Source: Octopus bimaculoides | Lineage: Eukaryota | Reading direction: 5' to 3' | Assembly: GCF_001194135.2 (NCBI RefSeq) | Contig: NC_068992.1 | Span: 61,193,876-61,257,875 of the forward strand | Length of the DNA: 64,000 bases | Part shown: piece by piece, positions 1 to 13,100 of the stretch | Numbering within the stretch: the stretch's first letter is position 1 | Layout: every line of letters begins with the position of its first letter | The notes under the pieces: generated by a model | The model's input: the letters and a program-made list of their open reading frames with translations, nothing else | Told to the model about the DNA's origin: nothing | Database searches by the model: none | Position numbers and translations under genes: made by a program

Positions 1-288
1 GGTTTTCAAGCGAGATCGTTGCCAGTGCCCCTGGACTGGCTCTTGTGCGGGTGGCACATAAAAGACACCATTTCGAGCATGGCTGTTTTCGTGCGGGTGA
101 CACGTAAAAGCACCCACTACACTCTCTGAGTGGTTGGCGTTAGGAAGGGCATCCAGCTGTAGAAACTCTGCCAAATTAGATTGGAGCCTGGTGTAGCCAT
201 CCGGTTGCACCAGTCCTCAGTCAAATCGTCCAACCCATGCTAGCATGGAAAGCGGACGTTAAACGATGATGATGATGATGATGATGAT
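1..288 (+). mobile_element. 3' part of a young SINE with RTE-type (GAT)n tail
   Basis: Ends caacccatgctagcatggaaagcggacgttaaac(gat)n; near-identical reverse copy at 34290-34515 and partial copy at 10243-10350. Confidence 0.85.
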
Positions 289-289
289 A

Positions 290-572
290 TATATCCTTCT
301 CATTGTATCAGCAACTTTGACTCTTTCAATGTTGCATTCTCGCTGTCTGCTAGCTATTCTCATCTAAATTCCAACTTCCTTCTCTATCAATTCTCTCTCT
401 CTCTCTCTCTTAGTTTCACTCTTCTTCTCTGTTCTCCTTCCCCTATCATTTCTGTTTTTTTCAAGCCGTCTTTCTCTCTCCGTCTGTTGCAATTTTTGGT
501 CTCTCTCTCTCTCTCTCGGTTCCATCTGTGTTCAGTCTGTTTCTTTCTCATTCAGTTTCACATCTCTCTTTC

Positions 573-616
<44 letters not shown>

Positions 617-730
617 GCACTGTCTCTTTCACTTTCTCTCTCATTATTTCTACTCTATAACACACATCTCATTTACTCCCACTACATTTCATTCTCTTGC
701 TTTTCCTACCACCACTACTACCCTCTCTCT
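290..730. repeat. CT-rich low-complexity tract with (CT)n
   Basis: Directly visible; explains ORF 528-785. Confidence 0.85.
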
Positions 731-1754
731 TGCCATGTTAGTGTTAAATAAAGCTTGTTACCATAACAACCTGACAGCTGTCTAGGTCACCTACAGGTTC
801 TCTTTCACTGTAGCCTCTGTAAGATGTATGCTTGTCTAGAGATGTGTGTGTGTGTATGTGTGTTATACAGATGTGTGTATGGTTATGCTTCTGTATGTCT
901 ATATGAATACAAACCACTCAAGTTTTAGCTTGTGTGTGTGTGTGTGTCCTTTCATCGAGCGTTAAGCTAATACAGTTCTTGTGCAAGTCCTCATGTTGTC
1001 TGTTTTTTATTCATTTATTTGAATTGTTTGTTTATTTTAATTGACTGTATGTATGTATGTATGTATTTGAATGGTAATACAGTGTGTATAGCTATATTAA
1101 AATGTAAGTGAATGTATGTATGTAGTTGTGTGTATGTAGATGCATGTATATGAATTTTAGTCTGTGTATGTATGTATGTAGGGTATGTATGCATGTAATG
1201 CAGAGAAGAGTAGCTGGGAATTGTTCGTGGTATACCCAATGTAAACCAAGGATGCACAGTGGCAAACTGGCAGGCTTCAGATGTGGTTGATGCACAAGAG
1301 TTGTGAGCACATGTGAAATAAATTCCTTCAAATGCTTGGAAAGCACCCTACTAGTAACTGATAGGTTTTGCTACCTAGGTGACTTAAATAGCAGTGTGGG
1401 TGGCTGTTTTGAAAGCATAGTTGTCAGGTGAGAATGGTAGTAGGAAAAGGATCCAAGGAGTTATTACCTCTGCTGCTTAGAGAAGGATTGATTACCTCCC
1501 ACAGTCAAGGGCAAATACAAAGTGTGAAGTGCTACACGGTAATGAGCCATGGGCCTTGATTTTTTTTTTTTTTATATCTTCTTTTACTGCACCCATGCTG
1601 TAGCACTGCCTTGAAAGGTTTGGTCAAATAAATTGCTTCCAGTAGTTTTTCTTCTTTTAAGTGTGTTACTTATTCTATCAGGCTCTTTAGCTGAACTGCT
1701 AAGTTAGGGGCATGTAAACAGACCAACATCAGTTATCAAGCAGTGGGGGCTGAG

Positions 1755-2035
1755 ACACACACATACACTCACTCACACATATGCACTCACTCACACATAC
1801 CCACCCACTCACACATACCCTCCCACTCACACGTACGTACCCCCTCTCACATATGCACCCGCTCACATTCACATGCATTCACACATGTGCTCACATACAC
1901 ACGTGCTCACATACACACCTGTTCACACATACACGCCCGCTCACACATACATGCCCGCTCACACATACACGCCCACTCACACATACACCCCCCGCCGCTC
2001 ACACATACACATCCACCCACACATACACACCAGCT
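1755..2035. repeat. Degenerate ~18-bp minisatellite (cacacatacacgcccgct-like)
   Basis: Repeated cacacatacacgccc(g/a)ct units; explains His/Thr-rich ORFs. Confidence 0.8.
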
Positions 2036-2630
2036 CACTGTACTGAAGAAGACCTGCCCAAAACCACACAAATACAAATAAAAAAACAAACCCCTGCAAT
2101 ATTAAATGATGATGATGGTGGTGACTAGGATGTATAATATCTATATTTGAGTCTCCTCTCCTTAACATCACGATCTTTTTTATGTTCACTTTTCCATGCT
2201 TCTATGGACCAGACAATTTGTCGAGGTAGATTTTCTATGGTCCAGTTCTAAGTGAGATGATATTTCCTGATGACCAGAAATTTTTTTTTATATGGAAGCC
2301 TGGAAAGGAAGAACAATGCTTCCATGTCAATAATGCTCACTCATCTTTGTTACATTCCCTCTCATTAATCTCTCCTCTGTCACTCATTACAAGGCATCTA
2401 TCACTCCTCATTCATCACATTTTTCTCTTTTCCATTCCTCGTTCTTCTGTCACTCTCTCCTATCAATGACTTCTCTATCATTCTCTAGCTTCTATCACTC
2501 TGGTTCTGTCTGTCACCCAAATGTCTATGGGTCTTTCATCTGGTTCACTCATAATACTCCGTCTTCTATTACCTTTTCATACATTGAGTATCTATCGTCA
2601 TCATGATCATCATGTATAAAGACTTGTATA

Positions 2631-2835
2631 TACAAGGTGCATTACTCTCTCTTTTACTCTTACTTGTTTCAGTCATTTGACTGTGGCCATGCTGGAGCAC
2701 CGCCTTTAGTCAAGCAAATCAGCCCCTGGACTTATTCTTTGTAAGCCTAGTACTTATTCTATCGGTCTCGTTTGCCGAACCGCTAAGTTACGGGGACGTA
2801 AACNNNNNNNNNNTGTCAAGCGATGTTAGGGGGGA

Positions 2836-2919
<84 letters not shown>

Positions 2920-3929
2920 CGACGGGCTTCTTTCAGTTTCCGTCTACCAAATTCACTCACAAGGCTTTGGTAGACCCGAGGCTATAATAGAAGACACTTT
3001 CTCAAGGTGCCATGCAGTAGGACTGAACCCGGGATCATGTGGTTCGTAAGCAAGCTACTTACCACACAGCCACTCCTGTGCCAGAAGTTTTGAAAAATTT
3101 TCTGGAGAGGCTTTTATTTCAAAGTTCAAAACTGTAATCTCCTTCAAAGTAGGATCCTCTGACACCAATACACTTGCTATATCACTCCAGCCACTTTGTG
3201 AAGGTTCCAGAGAAGTTCCTCAAAGTGAAAGTGTTAGGACCCTTCTCACAACTTCCTTCATCTCCTTCAGCTTGAAGAACGATTAAAAGTCACATGGAGC
3301 AAGGTAGACTGTAGAGAGAGAGAGGGACAGTTTTGATGCCCATTTCTGTCAAATAGTTGCTTACTAGGATGGAAATGTGAACTGGTGCATTGTTCTTGTA
3401 TAGATGCACTGGACTTTTGCAATGAAACCTCTTCTTGAACTCTCTCAAGGCCTCCACAAAGTACTTTTTGTTGACTGCCTGACCAGAGGGAACCATGTGG
3501 ATGTAGATGATGCCCTTGACGTTGAAAATGAGGATCATCATGATCGTCATGGCGGACTTGCTTTGCCTGGTCTTTTGTGCCAGTGAAAAACAGATTCTCA
3601 GCTCATATACATTAATCCACAAGCAGTTTAGAGCATTTCATAAGTTTCTGTAGTGTTTTTGCCCAGTTCAACACAAAACTTCATTGCATAGTGAGCTTCG
3701 AAATTGTCTTCATGTCCCAACTTCATCCTGCAGAGTAATCAGCTGTGATAAGCAGTGTTTAGCAGGGTGTGTTCAAAGAGGTTATTACAGCCATTTCCTT
3801 CAATCTGAAATAACAAAGATGGCAGATTAGCTTATTAGTTATATAGTAATGACACATCAAAATTATAATAATCTAGGACAGTTATAACTGCTACTTCTGA
3901 AAAACTCCCCAAACTTCTGAAATACACCT

Positions 3930-3930
<1 letters not shown>
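2631..3930 (-). mobile_element. Degenerate, internally deleted mariner transposon with both TIRs
   Basis: ORF 3290-3622(-) contains KTRQSKS..MILIFNVKGIIYIHMVPSGQAVNKKYFVEALREFKKRF..NNAPVHISILVSNYLTEMGIKTV (mariner catalytic region, decayed HQDNAP/YSPDL); TIRs aaggtgcatt..cagaagttttgaaaaattttc versus rc aaggtgtatttcagaagtttggggagtttttc; TA flanks. Confidence 0.85.
2644..3082 (-). mobile_element. Full-length tRNA-headed SINE (family A) nested in the mariner TIR
   Basis: rc begins ggcacaggagtggctgtgtggtaagtagcttgct (A/B-box head), central (TG)n, tail gactgaaacaagtaagagtaaaagag. Confidence 0.9.
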
Positions 3931-3968
<38 letters not shown>

Positions 3969-3974
3969 CTGTAT

Positions 3975-4156
3975 GAGATTAAGTACCCATCTAAGGGATA
4001 TTAAATATCCAATATACTACTGAATGTATACGTACAGATTTAATCCAAGTGCTTACTATTGCAGGGCAAAATCGCAATTGAATACTAGGTATGGGTGGGG
4101 GTAAATCAGAAATTTATCGAGGATTTATGTATTCTCTCCATTTTCTTATTTGCCTT

Positions 4157-4220
<64 letters not shown>

Positions 4221-4400
4221 TTTAATATTTCACTGAGGCATTGAGCTTTTTGTTTAAGGCTCTGATGAAGCTATATGGTGTTACTCAGGCATTCAACTAT
4301 GAGTCCCCTAAACCTTATAGCAGAAAAAGCGAAACAGCTGTAAGCTGATAAAGTTCATGAGATAATCATTTATTCCTTTGTCACATCTCTTTTTTCTTTT
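3975..4400 (+). mobile_element. Penelope-like element pseudo-LTR/3' region
   Basis: Contains a ctgatgaag...cgaaac agct gta hammerhead motif typical of PLE pLTRs; element boundaries inferred. Confidence 0.55.
4258..4346 (+). ncRNA. Minimal type-I hammerhead ribozyme-like motif
   Basis: ggct-CTGATGA-a-gctata...tatagc..agc-GAAAC-agct-GTA-agct; stem I gct/agc, palindromic stem III acagctgt. Confidence 0.6.
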
Positions 4401-5008
4401 ATACATACATGCATACATATATATAGTCTGTATATGTTTGTATGCTGTATCTTTTTTTCTGGAATAGATGCCCAAATCAATACCTTCCTCATTTTCTTGC
4501 TTTCCCAGTTTCCATAAAAATGTATATCTTAGATATAACTCTAGTAGAATCAGTGCCTACAGATTAGACAAAATTTGAGCTCATCTAATGCAAGTTGCTT
4601 GGAAATTTGTATAACTGCTTAGTTTTCATTTCACAGTGTCTGTGAGATAAAGCACTCAAATTCCATTAAGTATGGATGTCAACTGATAATGACAAATGTC
4701 ATTAAAGATATATTATCTGTCTAGACAACAAATACTTTTTTTTGCTGTTGTTGTTGTTCTTGGTGTGTCTCTAACCACCCCCATCAATACTCCACCCTGA
4801 ATAAAAGTGGGGTATGGATACTTGTTACTGTTTATATTTCATCTCCTCCCTATTTCACAATATCACATTAAATTACAGTAGGATTTCATGCAACCTAGAG
4901 TGAGTGAAGGTTGTGATGGTAAGGAGAAAAGAAAAAAAAGGTAAGGAGGAGTAGGAGGAGGAGAAAACTGTGAGGAAGATATATGTATGGGAAGTGGAGA
5001 GGCAAGAC

Positions 5009-5047
<39 letters not shown>

Positions 5048-5257
5048 GNNNNNNNNNNNNNNNNNNNNNNNNNNNNNNNNNNNNNNNNNNNNNNNNNNNN
5101 NNNNNNNNNNNNNNNNNNNNNNNNNNNNNNNNNNNNNNNNNNNNNNNNNNNNNNNNNNNNNNNNNNNNNNNNNNNNNNNNNNNNNNNNNNNNNNNNNNNN
5201 NNNNNNNNNNNNNNNNNNNNNNNNNNNNNNNNNNNNNNNNNNNNNNNNNNNNNNNNN

Positions 5258-5306
<49 letters not shown>

Positions 5307-5725
5307 GTGGGCTGGTTTTATCTTTGAGGAAACAAATGTGATCGATGGATGCTCCCACACACAAAAAAAAATATATATATATTTCCATCAGTTTTTAGAA
5401 TAAAGCTGTCCTATTCTGACAAATTGCTATGTGGGTGTCTTTCAAGCAATCAACTTGATATATAATAAAGGTTAAGTTAATTGAACTATTAAATTTGCTT
5501 TTCATGTTGTTGTTTTGATAGTTACATTCACTGATTAGAGAAATTCTATATTTTTTAAACATAGATACACATACATAAATTTATAAACACACATATACAT
5601 ATATGGATGTGATTATACATACACACATACATATATGTATGAATGTATGCATATAAATGTGTGTGTGTATACACATATACCTGCATATACACGTATCTCT
5701 ATGCATATATATATATATATATATA

Positions 5726-5759
<34 letters not shown>

Positions 5760-6430
5760 CACACATATATCAATCTTTCTATTTCTCTGTGTATCTATAT
5801 CTACATATACTCTCTTTTATCTCTATCTATCCATCTACACACAGACATACATAAATATAAATAAATATGTATACACTCGTGTGTGTGTGTGTAAAAATAA
5901 GTACATTTTTCTATAATTTAGGTGTATTTCATTATAATTTTTATGTATGAAAAAAATCAGTCCTTATGGACAGTATGGAATACTAACGTGTGTGTGTGTG
6001 TATGTGTGTGTGTGTGTGTGTGTATACAAGTATCATTTTAAATTGGTCAACAATGTAAACATTGATGAAAACCTTGTGTGCTTCAAAGTTATTTGCACTG
6101 ATTCACTGGCACTCCTTTGTCATTCACACCATCATCATAAATCCTGTAATTTATCTATTGGGAACCTGTAAGCAATGGTGTTATTTTACATAGATTGCAA
6201 ATGTAAAATAAATAAAATAATGGATGGTCTGTGACTAGATTCTGTTTCCTGGGTGTTGCTGTTTCACTTCACTTCTTTTTGTTTTGTCTCTCTTAAAAAA
6301 ATGTTTAAATCTTTATTTGTCTTGATAACAATGAAACCTTCTGCTTTATTGTTTTATAATAGACCTTGTAACAGATTAAGACAAAACCAGTTAGCAAATA
6401 GCATCATTGTTGGTGCTTTTGGACGTTCCT

Positions 6431-6463
<33 letters not shown>

Positions 6464-6464
6464 T

Positions 6465-6718
6465 ACCTGGCAGTGCACTGTGTCTTTGAGCAAAATACTT
6501 CATTTCTCATTGCCCCAGTCCACTCAGCTGGCAAAAGTGAGATGTCCTTGTATTTCAAAGGGCCGGCCTTGTCACTTCCTGAATCTTGCTGAATCTCCCA
6601 GAACTAAGTTAAGATATCTGTGTTTTTAGAGTGCTTAGCCACTTGCACGTTAGTTTCATGAGCTGGCTGTTCCATTGATTGGATCAACTGGGGCACTCAT
6701 CGTCATAACCAGAATGCT
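6465..6718 (+). mobile_element. SINE family C, 5'-truncated
   Basis: Homologous to 12582-12890 (gtccttgagcaagacac..ccagtccactcagctggcaaaa..agccacttgcacgtta). Confidence 0.8.
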
Positions 6719-7829
6719 AGTGTGTGTGAGTGCGTGTGTGTGTGTGTGTGTGTGTGTGCATGTATGTGTGTGAATGTGCATCATTTAATGTTCATCTTCT
6801 ATACTGGCATTGGCTGGATGGTTTGACGGGATCCGACAGATCAAAGGATAGCGTACTTCAGTACCTGCATTGGCATGGTTTCTATAGCTGCATGCACTTC
6901 CTTATGCCAGCCACTTTACTAAGTGATGACTGGGTGATTTTTGCCATGGCACCAATCTAGTGAGGTTATCATGTAGCTTGCAAGTTTAAAACCCCTTCAA
7001 CTGCATGGGGCTGCAGTAGAGTAGGGGACAGTTTTATTCTAGGTGATGCAATGTTAGAGTATGAAGGAATGAACCAAGTTTCTCCTTGTGGAAGAGATAC
7101 ATGACTGCTCACATTATACAAGAGTGGATGGAAGTAATCAGTGTGAAAGTGGAAAGAGCGAGGAAGAAAGTGGTGATGAGATGCCAGGGCAGATCCAGGA
7201 GTAAGGGCAGAAGAATGAGAAGAGTGGCTGGGTGGGTAGGGTTACAAATACACTAAATTGTGAATAAGGCTTGAAGCTGTGATTGGGGGTAGGTGTTAAG
7301 TGTAAGTTGGAATGAAGATAAGAAAGAGTAGATGATGACTATATATCTATATATTATCATTCTCATTTAATATCTGTTTTCCATGTTGGTATGGGTTGGA
7401 GCTAGTAAGGCCAGGGGCACACCAGACTCCATTGTCTGTTCTGGCATGGTGTTTTCATCTGGATGCCCTTCCAAATGCTGACTACTTTACAGTGTGTACT
7501 GGGTAGCATAAGTTTAAAATTGGTTATAATTGCTCTAGTACCCATCTGCTTTGAACCACATTAAATATAGATGATTATGTATGATAAATTACTCAAGAAC
7601 TGTATAAATATCCCCATAGTTGAATAGTGCATAACGGCATCTCATCAATCACTGGCCAAACTTTGCCATTATACTTGATGTGTGAAAAAAGTGTTTAGCA
7701 TTGGTTATAAATTTAATAATGATAATAATGAAATTATTGTGTATAGTGCTCAGATAAACTACAACTCATCAAAGGTGCATGTTCAGTAGATAGAATTATG
7801 TAGAAAAGTCAGGAAAGTGAACAATGTAT

Positions 7830-8070
7830 GAGTCATGATATACTTGTGTGCATGCATATGGAGTGGGGATATCAGAGGTAGTTTTGGTGAATTTCAGGAA
7901 GCATGGAGATTTTAAAGGATGCAATGTCTCAACTAACAACTGATGCAGGTTTTTTTTTCCATGCTTCAGCGACTCTGGGTGTGAAAAAATGTTTCCAGAA
8001 GTCATTGGAGCTGTGCTGCTTTGTGACTTTGTAGTCATGCCTGCATGTATTAGACACATGTAGCTCAAAA
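7830..8070 (-). mobile_element. CR1/L2-like LINE 3' fragment
   Basis: rc reads FF..RVAEAW..LPASVVS..IASFKISMLPEIHQNY with frameshifts, like the CR1-group RT C-terminus (FFS.RV...WN.LP..VV.....SFK). Confidence 0.6.
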
Positions 8071-8465
8071 AAGGTGCTCAAGGTGGTTGTTGGCACAATG
8101 GTTAATAATTTTGTGGGTGTTTACCAAGTCAGTTCAATGCATCTATGCCCAGGGAAGCATGGCATCCAAAGTGGAAGAATGGAGGGAATAAGATTAGAAA
8201 TAATATTTGTACTAGTAATGATACAGGGAGCACAATAGAAAAAAGTACATAATAGACAGTGATGACAATGATAGAGTTGACCTTGTCTGTTTCCAGTCTA
8301 TAATTTTGATGACCATGTCTCTCTCAGTAATAACAAAGATCTTAGTTCTTTTTATTTATTTTAATAGAGATAATGAAAGAGCCCCCCCCCCCACACCTCC
8401 TTGAACAAGTCCAGTTTGATCAGATATTATCCCGATGCTTTATTATTTCTTTATTGCTATTACAG

Positions 8466-8586
8466 CTGAACTGGGTGACTATGATGAACAAGACCACCCT
8501 CCAGGATATGTTTCACAATTTAAGATGTTACCCAAGCAAAATCCCAGAATGGAAGAACAGATTGCTGAAATACACAAGACTCTTCA
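8466..8586 (+). CDS. FRMD5: FRMD5/FRMD3-like FERM protein, internal exon (FERM-B lobe)
   Basis: Acceptor ttgctattacag, donor gtaagt; phase 1 to 2; encodes (A)ELGDYDEQDHPPGYVSQFKMLPKQNPRMEEQIAEIHKTL, the ELGDYD..H..GY.S.F FERM motif; joins next exon in frame. Confidence 0.93.
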
Positions 8587-10029
8587 GTAAGTAGGGTTGT
8601 ATAATATCTTATATATTGTGTTGTATCATATATATTATGTAATACCTTATATATCGTGCATGCAGAATACTAATGTAAAATAGAATAATTTCAATCAAGT
8701 GATTACTATTAATCATCATCATCATCATCATCAATACATGCATGTTCCACACTGGGATAGATTAGATGGTTTAATAGGATCCAAGGTGTTCAAGGACTGC
8801 ATGGTGCTCCCATGTCTGTTTTGCCATTCCTAACATCATCCTCTTTACAGTGTGAACCAGGTGCTTTTTGCATACCACCTACACCTTTGAGGCTGTCTAT
8901 GCAGCTCACAGCACTACAAACCCTGGGAGAGGTGTGGAATAGGTCAGCTTCAAGCTAAAGAATGAGAAAATTATTATGAGAAGGGTGGGGCACAGCAAAT
9001 TCCCATGGAGGGATCTGTCTTTTGTGCAAGCAAACAAACAGTGAAAAAAATGTCTCTTGTATATATATCTCCTTTCAATCATTACCACCATCATCCTTTT
9101 AACATCCACTTTTCTATGCCCACATGAGTCAGAAGGAATTTACTGAGGCAGAATTTCCAAAATTAGATGTCTTTCTTGTCATCAACTTTCACCTATTTCC
9201 AAGCAACTTAATATTTCCCCATGGCCAGACATGTTTTCATAAAAGATTGGAAATGAAGGACACTGCTTGCATGATATGACACTCGTTTACAACCATTATG
9301 CAAAGTGTAGACAAGGTTATGGTAAAACACACACACACACACACAGTAGCATCTTAATGATTCAGTGGGTTGTAGAACTAATTGCTACATCACCATCAGC
9401 ACAATTATTTAGAGTCACAGAATTAATGACTGGTCAGTAGTATACAATGAAGAAATGAGGCATTACTGTCCAATCTGGTCTAGACTGGTTTGGTCTGGTC
9501 TGGTCTGGTCTGGTGCAGTCCAAATCAAGAATTATATTTATATCAAAGCCCACAAAATGATGTGACTGGTAGCTGAGGTAACAAGTACATGACACCTGCA
9601 AAAAAAACATTTAGTCTTAAGTGGTAGTAATATACATTGTTGCTGCATATCTCTGGGTCAGCCCTAAAGAGTCATGATCCTCCTGTTCTTCTTTCAGACA
9701 TTGCGTATCTATGGCTTCATTATCCAATCGATCACACCCTTTCCAAGATAATAAGGTGAAATTTTAGCTGTTTCTAGGAGGCTGAATAACTGTAGAGGCT
9801 CTCTCATCAGCTTGTAGGATAGATTCTTTTTATTGCTTGGTAAGAAGGAAAACTAATGCCTGTCCATCACTCCTTTTTAGAGACCTCTGAGACTGGTTGA
9901 AGGTAGAGCAGGAAAGAGAAAACAAGAGAAAGAGAACTCTACACATGTAGTAGGATTCGTCCACTTTTCTCCATTAGGAGTACAGGGTCAGTTTCCTGGT
10001 TTCTCTGGTGCATACATTCATCCCTGGAT

Positions 10030-10196
10030 TAGATGCTGATCCATCACAGGATTACTCAATTTTACCAGCTGAGTAAACTGGAGCAATATGAAATAAAGTG
10101 TTTTGCTCAAGAACACAACACATTGCCTGGTCCAGGAATTGAAACCACAATCTTACGATCACGAGTTTAACACCCTAACCACTAAGTCATGCATCT
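10030..10196 (-). mobile_element. SINE family C 5' part
   Basis: rc gagatgcatgacttagtggttagggtgttaaactcgtgatcgtaagattgtggtttcaattcc (tRNA-like head). Confidence 0.75.
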
Positions 10197-10349
10197 CTAC
10201 ATGTAGTGGAATGTATTCAGATGATACTGATTGCTACATGCAGTTTTTGCCAAATCAGATTGGAGCCTGGTGTAGCCATCCGGTTCACCAGTCCTCAGTC
10301 AAATCATCCAACCCATGCTAGCATGGAAAGCGGATGTTAAACAATGATG

Positions 10350-10381
<32 letters not shown>

Positions 10382-10414
10382 ACTGTATATAAAATAAAAC
10401 TGCAGATGGACCTG

Positions 10415-10730
10415 TGCAGTTGCCAAGTGGTATCTTCTACCATAGTCTTGGGCTAACCAAATCCTTGTAAGTAGATTTCGTAGAGAGAAACTGAAAGAAG
10501 CCTGTTGTGTGTATGTGTGTGTGTGTGTGTGTGTTTTATATGTGTGTATGTTATATGCGTGTGTGTCACACCACTGCTTGACAACCAATGTTGATGTGTG
10601 TATAACCCTGTAACTTAGCAGTTCAATATCAGGCTTTAAAAAGAATAAGGTTTGGGTTCGATTCATTCAACTAAAATTCTTCAAGGCCCCAGCATGACTG
10701 TAGTCTAATGAGTGAAACAAGTAAAAAACT
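10415..10730 (+). mobile_element. SINE family A, 5'-truncated
   Basis: gaaactgaaagaagcc-(TG)n-gcttgacaacc..gaaacaagtaaaa as in other copies. Confidence 0.8.
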
Positions 10731-11339
10731 AAAATGACCCTTGTACACGTGACAAAGAAAGTCTCTGTTATTAGAAGCAACTGTTATTAGAAGCAGGGGA
10801 AAATGATAGTCTGTTTTGAAGTGTTGACATTGGTAAATGTCTAATACAAAAGGTTATAAAACAGCAAGTCGAGCAGTATAGCTGGTGATTATGGTATGAA
10901 AGGACTGTTTAAATCTATATAAATAAGGAGAGGGTGTAGATGTAAGATGAAGAATATGAGGGGAGTAATTGATAAGGAATATGTGCAAGAGGAGAGGAAG
11001 TTTCAAAGCAGTGAAAATCTAGGGAAGGTGACTGCGCATAAACACTTGGCTCAGCTTTGGTGCATAGAAGAGTGATGTAGTGTGTTTGGCAAAGTATTTT
11101 GTGTTATGGCTGGAGGAAAGCCAAACAGTTCCAAGTATCAGCGGCCAATATGGTAACGGTAGATGAGGCAAATACTCTTTATGTTACTTAATATATGATG
11201 AAAGAATGCAGAAACCATGTTGTGTTAAGAGAATTATTATAACTATTACTACCTCTAAATTGAAAGTCTGATATTTATATCAATAAGTATATTCATGTTA
11301 TAATTAGGGCATTGGAACTGAAACGGATAACTGGGAACC

Positions 11340-11710
11340 TAACCCATTGATTTTTCAATATCTGTTTTTAAGTTGAGATTTTACCAAAATTAACTTCCTC
11401 TTTCATTCCTCCACCAAAAAGTCAACATTACCTAGGATTTTTTTTTTAAGTGTGTGTGTGAGGCTACTAAATAAATATATGTAAGAGTTTGTTTTAAATG
11501 CTGTCTGTTGAAAAATTCTGCCTTGTTTCAATTAATTTTGAAAATAAAGAATTTAGAAAAAAAAAATTTCATATGTTTGAGAGCTGGTATTCGTATCAAT
11601 AATTAGCATGAAAGTTTGATTGAAAATATTAATAAAGAATATTTTCAAACAGGCAATTTCGATCATAAAGCCAGGATTGATCTAAGGTAGTTTGGTAGCA
11701 AAAAGGTTAA
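11340..11710 (+). mobile_element. TTAA/CCCTTT-ended MITE (piggyBac-like); related copies about 26110-26350, 43660-43890, 49830-49985, 52290-52485, 52645-52850
   Basis: Shared core tttcaattaattttgaaaataa..gaatttag and ends ..ggtatcaaaagggttaa-like. Confidence 0.55.
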
Positions 11711-11996
11711 ATTAATTAGCTATTTAAAATATAAATCTTCATTATTATCATTTCCATGCCCACTTTGACATGCTTGTATGGATCAGACAAAGGGAACGGA
11801 GGTAAATTTTACATGATCGGATGCCTTTCCTATTGCCAACCCTCACCTGTTTCCAAGCAAGATAATATTCCCCATGGCTAGACATGCTTTTATAAGATAT
11901 TAGAATGGCACTACATGTAGAACAATGGCACCATGATGCAATGTAATGTCAAATAGATACATATATACATACTTACAAACATATGTATATGTACAA

Positions 11997-12043
<47 letters not shown>

Positions 12044-12139
12044 AATAATAAGAGTAGAAGTTGATATTAAAACCAGTGGTCTAGCATATTTAAAAAAAAT
12101 CCGAATAATATAAATGTAATCCGAATAGTAATATAATTG

Positions 12140-12180
<41 letters not shown>

Positions 12181-12184
<4 letters not shown>

Positions 12185-12333
12185 TGAGTGGTAAGAAACT
12201 TGCTTCCCAATCACATGGTTCTGGTTCAGTCCCACTGCGTTGGACTTTGGGCAAATGTCTTCTACTTTAGCCTTGGGCTGACCAAAGCCTTGTGAGTGGA
12301 TTTGGTAGATGGAAACTGAAGGAAGCACGTTTT

Positions 12334-12379
<46 letters not shown>

Positions 12380-12559
12380 TTGTGCATCTCTGTTTGTACC
12401 CCCACCATCAGTTGATAACTGATGTTCGTGTGTTTATGTCCCTGTAACTTAGTGGTTCAGCAAAAGATACAGATAGAATAAGTACTAGGCTTACAAAGAA
12501 TAAATCCTAGGCAGTGCTCCAGCATGGCTGCAGTCAAATGACAGACAAATAAGAGAATA
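12181..12559 (+). mobile_element. SINE family A
   Basis: tggctgagtggtaagaaacttgct head, ggttcagtcccactgcg B-box, central (TA)n(TG)n, tail. Confidence 0.85.
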
Positions 12560-12581
12560 TACATGTAATATATATATATAT

Positions 12582-12889
12582 GAAGGCACATAGTTCAGTG
12601 GTTAGGGTATTTGGCTCATGATTGTAAAGTTATAAGTTCAATTCCTGGCAGTATGTTGTGTCCTTGAGCAAGACAGTTTATTCCGCGCTGCTCCAGTCCA
12701 CCCAGCTGGCAAAAATGAGGTGTACCTGTAATTCAAAGGGTCAACCTTGTCACATTCTGTATCATGCTGAATCCCCCTGAGAAACTACATTAAAGATACA
12801 TGTGTATTGAGTGCTTAGCCACTTGCATTTAAGGGTCATGAACAGGCTGTTCTGTTTATCTTGTCACTGCAACCAACAGAATGCCAATA

Positions 12890-12890
<1 letters not shown>
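12582..12890 (+). mobile_element. SINE family C, near full length
   Basis: gaaggcacatagttcagtggttagggtatt..agttcaattcctgg tRNA-like head. Confidence 0.8.
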
Positions 12891-12938
<48 letters not shown>

Positions 12939-12941
<3 letters not shown>

Positions 12942-13100
12942 TGGGCTTCTGTCTATTTCCACCTATCAAATCCACTCACAAGGCTTTGGTTAGTCTGTGG
13001 CTATGTTAGAAGACACTTGCCCTTGGTGCTGCACAAAGGGATTGAACCAAAAACCACATAACTGGGAAGCATACTTCTCAATCACACAACTACGCTTGCA
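12939..13100 (-). mobile_element. SINE family A head, inverted
   Basis: gggcttctgtctatttccacctatcaaatccactcacaaggctttgg..ccacataactgg, reverse of the family A 5' half. Confidence 0.75.

Noticed and set aside
1190-1500. Non-simple sequence with ORF 1092-1346, possible retroelement remnant; similar uncertain stretches at 7000-7330, 10900-11170, 23430-23630, 60600-61080
   Set aside because: Probably decayed LINE/PLE fragments, but motifs are too degraded to classify by eye
2036-2075. ctgaagaagacctgcccaaaac, resembling a PLE hammerhead
   Set aside because: GAAA core reads caaaa and stems II/III cannot be formed; at best a dead remnant
2265-2310. ctgatgaccag..ctggaaag hammerhead-like match
   Set aside because: No valid GAAA register or stem III/UH site; lies in a decayed SINE tail. 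Other ctgatga hits (24729, 39751, 43938, 60518) also lack a GAAAC partner
528-6960. Many 60-170 aa ORFs (CVCVCV, YIYIYI, HTHTHT, SLSLSL) here and throughout the track
   Set aside because: Translations of dinucleotide microsatellites and N gaps, with no domain-like content
1-8465. Search for the preceding FERM exon (LQLKRD...YILQ type)
   Set aside because: No matching coding stretch found; it lies upstream or in a gap
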